Source: an uncultured Acidobacteriia bacterium (GTDB lineage: Bacteria > Acidobacteriota > Terriglobia > Bryobacterales > Bryobacteraceae). From it: DNA of 64,000 nucleotides. Position numbers and translations under genes: made by a program. The DNA lies in assembly GCA_903892565.1 (NCBI GenBank), contig CAITIX010000353.1, positions 19,245 through 83,244 of the forward strand. The letters are read 5' to 3'. The notes beneath the pieces are model-generated. The model had not been told where the DNA came from. It searched no databases and worked only from the letters and a program-made list of their open reading frames with translations. How positions within the stretch are numbered: the first letter of the stretch is position 1; each line of letters begins with the position of its first letter. This document shows positions 60,162 to 64,000 of this stretch, piece after piece.

Positions 60162-62507
60162 CTAGCGGCGCTTCCAGCGATCGGCCAGCGCCGCGAGTTT
60201 GTCTTCCATCGTCGGTTCTGGCTTTTGCTGCTTGGGAGGCGCAGTGAACTTCTTCTGCGGAGGACGAGCTCCGGCTGACGCCGATGTCGCTCCGAGAGCT
60301 TTGCTCTGCCCCGTGTTCGGGGCGGCGTTCGGCGCTGTGTTGGGCTTGGCCGACGGGGTCTTCATCGACAAAGCAACGCGCTTCGTCTTGGCGTCCGCGC
60401 TCAACACATGAACCTGCACGATCTGCCCCACCTTAACGACATCTGCCGGTTCTTTGACGTAGCGATTCGAGAGCTCGCTAATGTGCACCAATCCGTCCTG
60501 ATGAACGCCAATATCGACGAACGCGCCAAACTTCGTTACGTTCGTGACGATTCCTTCGAGCGTCATGCCTTCTTTCAGGTCGCCGATCTCTTTGACATTT
60601 TCTTTAAAGCTCGGCGCCAGAAACTTATCGCGCGGGTCGCGTCCCGGCTTGCGGAGCTCTTCCAGAATATCGTTCAGAGTAAAGACTCCAGCCACGAGCC
60701 CGCTCTTATCGATCTTGTCCAGCAACGCCGGTTGTTCGATCAATTCCTTCACCGGAACATGCAAGTTCTGCGCGATCTGTTCGACAACCGCGTACGATTC
60801 GGGATGCACCGCGGTGATATCCAAAGGATTGTCCCCGTTGCGAATGCGCAGGAATCCCGCGGCCTGTTCAAATGTTTTTGGCCCAATGCCGGGTACGGCG
60901 TTGAGTTGCACGCGCGAGCGGAAACGCCCGTTTTCATTGCGGAATTCGACAATCTTTTGCGCCGTACGTTCATTGATGCCCGCGACGTAACGCAGCAGGG
61001 CCCACGAGGCTGTGTTCAAATCCACACCGACGCGATTTACGCAGCTTTCGATCACCGTCTCCAACGATTTGTGCAGATGATTCTGATCGACGTCGTGCTG
61101 ATACTGGCCTACGCCGATGGATTTCGGATCGAGCTTCACGAGCTCTGCCAGCGGATCCTGCAAACGGCGCGCAATGGAGATGGCTCCGCGCACCGTGAGA
61201 TCGAGATCCGGAAATTCCTGCCGGGCAATGTCCGACGCCGAGTAAATCGACGCACCGGATTCATTCACAGTCACGCAGAACAACGCGTTGAGGCTTTCCT
61301 TGCGGAGGAAATCGCGCACAAACGCGTCCGTCTCTCGCGATGCCGTGCCGTTGCCGATGGCGATCGCGCGCACGTTGTATTTTTCAATCAGCGCCTTCAA
61401 TGTCCGCTCGGAGCCAGCGATATCGTTCTTCGGCTGGAACGGATAAATCACATCGTGGCCCAGAAACTTGCCCGTGTCATCCACGACGGCGATCTTGCAA
61501 CCGGTACGAATACCGGGGTCCAGGCCCAACACTGCGAGTTGTCCGGCGGGCGGCGCAAGCAATACGTTTTGCAGGTTCTCTCGGAACACTTGAATGGCAT
61601 CGGAATCGGCGCGCTGCTTCAACTCCAGACGCACTTCGGACGTGATGGAGCTATTCAGCAGGCGTTTCCAGGCGTCTTCGGCGGCAAGGCTCAACTGTGG
61701 CGTCCAATCGCCCGGATGCTTGAAGATTTTGCCCTTGATGAGATCGAGAGGCCGCGTGGGGTCCAGCTCAATGACGAAGTAGAGAATGCTCTCGGCCTCG
61801 CCGCGACGGATCGCCAGCATGCGGTGCGAAGGGATTTGCTTCACAGGCTCGCGATAGTCGTAGTACATCTTGAACTTTTCCTGCTCGTCGTTCGCGTCCA
61901 TCACCTTCTTGCTGACGATGACGCCCTCTTCGAACATGGTGTGACGCAGGAGCTTCCGGATATCCGCGTCGTCGCTGATGTTTTCGGCAAGAATGTGGCG
62001 CGCGCCTTCGAGGGCCTCGTCCACGTTCGCGACGCCTTTCTCGGCATCCACAAACGTCGCGGCGAACTCCGCGAGAGGCGTGCCGGTGGGTTCTTGATTC
62101 CATAAGTATGCCGCGAGCGGATCGAGTCCTTTTTCACGCGCGATCATGGCCTTGGTTCGGCGCTTGGGCTTGTAAGGAAGATACAAGTCTTCCAGCTCGC
62201 TCTTGTCGAGCGTCTTCTCGATGCGCGCTTTCAACTCGTCGGTGAGCTTGCCCTGCTCTTGGATCGAAGCAAGAATCGTTTCCTTGCGCGAGACGAGCTC
62301 GCGGAAGTACAGGAGCTTCTCTTCAATGGCGCGGATCTGCACTTCATCGAGATTGCCGGTGGCTTCCTTGCGATAGCGCGCAATAAACGGGACGGTCGAG
62401 CCTTCATCGAGCAACTCGATGGTCGCCAGCAGTCCCTTCATGGGGATCTGCAAAAGCTGGGCAATATGAATCAATAAATCGGGAGACAAAGACTGGAACT
62501 CAGGCAT
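60162..62507 (-). CDS. tex: transcription accessory protein Tex (S1 RNA-binding domain protein)
   Basis: 781 aa. The N-terminus has TVPFIARYRKE. It also has YqgF-like and HhH regions and a C-terminal S1 domain (GIVTNVTKFGAFVDIG..DGLVHISE). Confidence 0.92.
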   Translation of the reverse strand: MPEFQSLSPDLLIHIAQLLQIPMKGLLATIELLDEGSTVPFIARYRKEATGNLDEVQIRAIEEKLLYFRELVSRKETILASIQEQGKLTDELKARIEKTLDKSELEDLYLPYKPKRRTKAMIAREKGLDPLAAYLWNQEPTGTPLAEFAATFVDAEKGVANVDEALEGARHILAENISDDADIRKLLRHTMFEEGVIVSKKVMDANDEQEKFKMYYDYREPVKQIPSHRMLAIRRGEAESILYFVIELDPTRPLDLIKGKIFKHPGDWTPQLSLAAEDAWKRLLNSSITSEVRLELKQRADSDAIQVFRENLQNVLLAPPAGQLAVLGLDPGIRTGCKIAVVDDTGKFLGHDVIYPFQPKNDIAGSERTLKALIEKYNVRAIAIGNGTASRETDAFVRDFLRKESLNALFCVTVNESGASIYSASDIARQEFPDLDLTVRGAISIARRLQDPLAELVKLDPKSIGVGQYQHDVDQNHLHKSLETVIESCVNRVGVDLNTASWALLRYVAGINERTAQKIVEFRNENGRFRSRVQLNAVPGIGPKTFEQAAGFLRIRNGDNPLDITAVHPESYAVVEQIAQNLHVPVKELIEQPALLDKIDKSGLVAGVFTLNDILEELRKPGRDPRDKFLAPSFKENVKEIGDLKEGMTLEGIVTNVTKFGAFVDIGVHQDGLVHISELSNRYVKEPADVVKVGQIVQVHVLSADAKTKRVALSMKTPSAKPNTAPNAAPNTGQSKALGATSASAGARPPQKKFTAPPKQQKPEPTMEDKLAALADRWKRR

Positions 62508-62578
62508 GGAGGGACGAACATCCAGTTTAGCGTGAGCGCCGAAGTTTCGATAGTGTTGTTCAAAGGATTAGACGTCTT

Positions 62579-64000
62579 TTATTTCGCTGCTGCAGCGACT
62601 GACGGTAGTTTCACTGCCGGAGCAGGTAGCGGCTTGCGCGGCAACAACTCCGGACGATTCGCCGTCTGATACACGAGCGTCGCGATGATCGCCGAGGCTT
62701 GCATCAGATCTTCGGCATGGACGTGATCGAGCGTGTCCACTTGCGAGTGATGCGTGGTGCGTTCGTAGTCCATCGGGTCCTGGATGAATTGGAATCCGGG
62801 CAAGCCAACGGCGTTGAACGAAAGATGATCCGTGCCGCCGGTGTTGCGGATGCTGATGGTCGTCACGCCTTCGTCGCGGAAGGGCGCGAACCATTGTTCG
62901 AACACAGGGCGCATAGCGTCGTTGCCTTGCAGGTAGACGCCGCGAATTTTCCCGGTGCCGTTGTCGAAATTGAAATAGCCGGAAAGCTTGGCGTGTTCGG
63001 GCGTCGGCTTCATAGTTTCGGGATCGGCAAAATGCCGTTTCACGTAGCCTTCCGACCCGAAGATGCCTTGCTCTTCGCCGCTCCATAGCGCGATGCGCAC
63101 GGTACGATCAAGCTTCAAATTAAGCGTCTTCAAAATGCGCATGACCTCGATCATGACGGCCGATCCTGCGGCATTGTCCGTGGCACCGGTGCCCGTGTGC
63201 CAAGAATCCAGATGCGCGCCGATTATCACGACTTCATCTTTCTTCGCGCCGCCGGGCAGTTCGCCCACAACGTTGTAGGCATCAACGTCTTTGTCGGAGA
63301 GATCCGCCGCGAGATTCAAGCGCATCTTTACCGCGATCTTCTTGTCACCGCTCTTCTCCCCAAGGGGTTTATCCAGGACGCGAACCATGCGGTTGTACTG
63401 CTCGCGCGCCACCACGAACGAAGGCGGAGCCAGCGTTTCCTTCGCCTCCCATGGTCCGGCGTTTTGCACAAAGATGAGTCCGTTGGTGGAGCCGAGCGAC
63501 GTATAGATCACCGCCAGGGCTCCTTCGTCCTTCAAAAATTTGGCGCGGCGATTGGCAACCTTGCGGCGCTCTTCGCCCAACTGCTGCGCGATACCAGTGG
63601 GCAGCTTGCGAAAGAAGGCGCGTTCTTCTTCCGGATCCTCCGGGATTTCAAGCTTGAGAATTTCCGAGAGCTTCGCGACAGGCTCGGGTGCGGGCGTCAT
63701 ATCGCTGAGCTCTTTGTCTGTGTAGCGCGAAAACCCGGGCAGCGTGGAAGGCGTCAACGCGCGCGGGCGCGAGAACAGAACGATCTTGCCTTTGAGTTTG
63801 CCTTTCCATGCCGCGATATAGTGATCCAGATCCTGCTGCTGTTTTACGGGATCGAGCCATTGCACGGGGCCGCCGTAGGGCGCGTAGATCACTTCGCCCG
63901 TGACCGGACCGCGTGTGACATCGGACCACGCCATAGGCGCGGCGTCGAGCACAGCGTAGCGAGGCTCCAACATCTCGATCGAATATTGCTTCAGCGCCCA
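62579..64000 (-). CDS. M28-family aminopeptidase with PA domain (N-terminus beyond right edge)
   Basis: GAHLDSWH.GTGATDNAAG, WSGEEQG and GGTDH metal-ligand motifs. The frame is still open at the window edge. Confidence 0.75.
   Translation of the reverse strand, partial: WALKQYSIEMLEPRYAVLDAAPMAWSDVTRGPVTGEVIYAPYGGPVQWLDPVKQQQDLDHYIAAWKGKLKGKIVLFSRPRALTPSTLPGFSRYTDKELSDMTPAPEPVAKLSEILKLEIPEDPEEERAFFRKLPTGIAQQLGEERRKVANRRAKFLKDEGALAVIYTSLGSTNGLIFVQNAGPWEAKETLAPPSFVVAREQYNRMVRVLDKPLGEKSGDKKIAVKMRLNLAADLSDKDVDAYNVVGELPGGAKKDEVVIIGAHLDSWHTGTGATDNAAGSAVMIEVMRILKTLNLKLDRTVRIALWSGEEQGIFGSEGYVKRHFADPETMKPTPEHAKLSGYFNFDNGTGKIRGVYLQGNDAMRPVFEQWFAPFRDEGVTTISIRNTGGTDHLSFNAVGLPGFQFIQDPMDYERTTHHSQVDTLDHVHAEDLMQASAIIATLVYQTANRPELLPRKPLPAPAVKLPSVAAAAK

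Noticed and set aside
60408-62105. 565-aa ORF on the plus strand
   Set aside because: Antisense shadow of tex. No motifs, Arg/His-rich.

Overview
This is a 64-kb high-GC bacterial chromosomal window. The domain repertoire points to Acidobacteriota, which is an inference: a Solibacter-type C-terminal domain, wHTH-TM regulators, cytochrome-c fusion proteins and shc. I call 58 protein-coding genes, two of them truncated by the window edges, and one tRNA-Ser(GGA). I also call several repeat or hairpin elements and one clear bidirectional terminator. There are no rRNA genes, no CRISPR arrays and no prophage.

Most of the window is housekeeping:
- murQ', shc, recA, lepA, ribH-nusB, rbfA, hemE-hemY, rlmD and trpS
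- cysD-cysN-cysH-tauE, nrdJ, nadA-moaA, ligA and tex

Parts worth a second look:
1. 41.4-49.2 kb holds a same-strand cluster: porin, half-size PBP, HAMP-only membrane protein, 74-aa protein, soluble degenerate MCP-like protein, STAS, and a REC-PP2C-kinase fusion (HsbR-like). A divergent STAS-CheY pair sits next to it. No CheA, CheW or Hpt is present in the window. The REC domain of the fusion protein has no canonical start codon.
2. A ~110-nt long-hairpin element occurs twice, upstream of shc and upstream of nadA.
3. An IS200-like/RAYT transposase lies next to an array of GC-rich tetraloop hairpins (REP-like). A compact 44-nt copy of the same element sits between hemY and rlmD.
4. A lower-GC 422-aa membrane protein is wedged between nrdJ and the RAYT.
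5. The sulfate-assimilation operon is APS-reductase type.

All family calls come from motif recognition by eye. Start codons are best guesses, and no database search was run.
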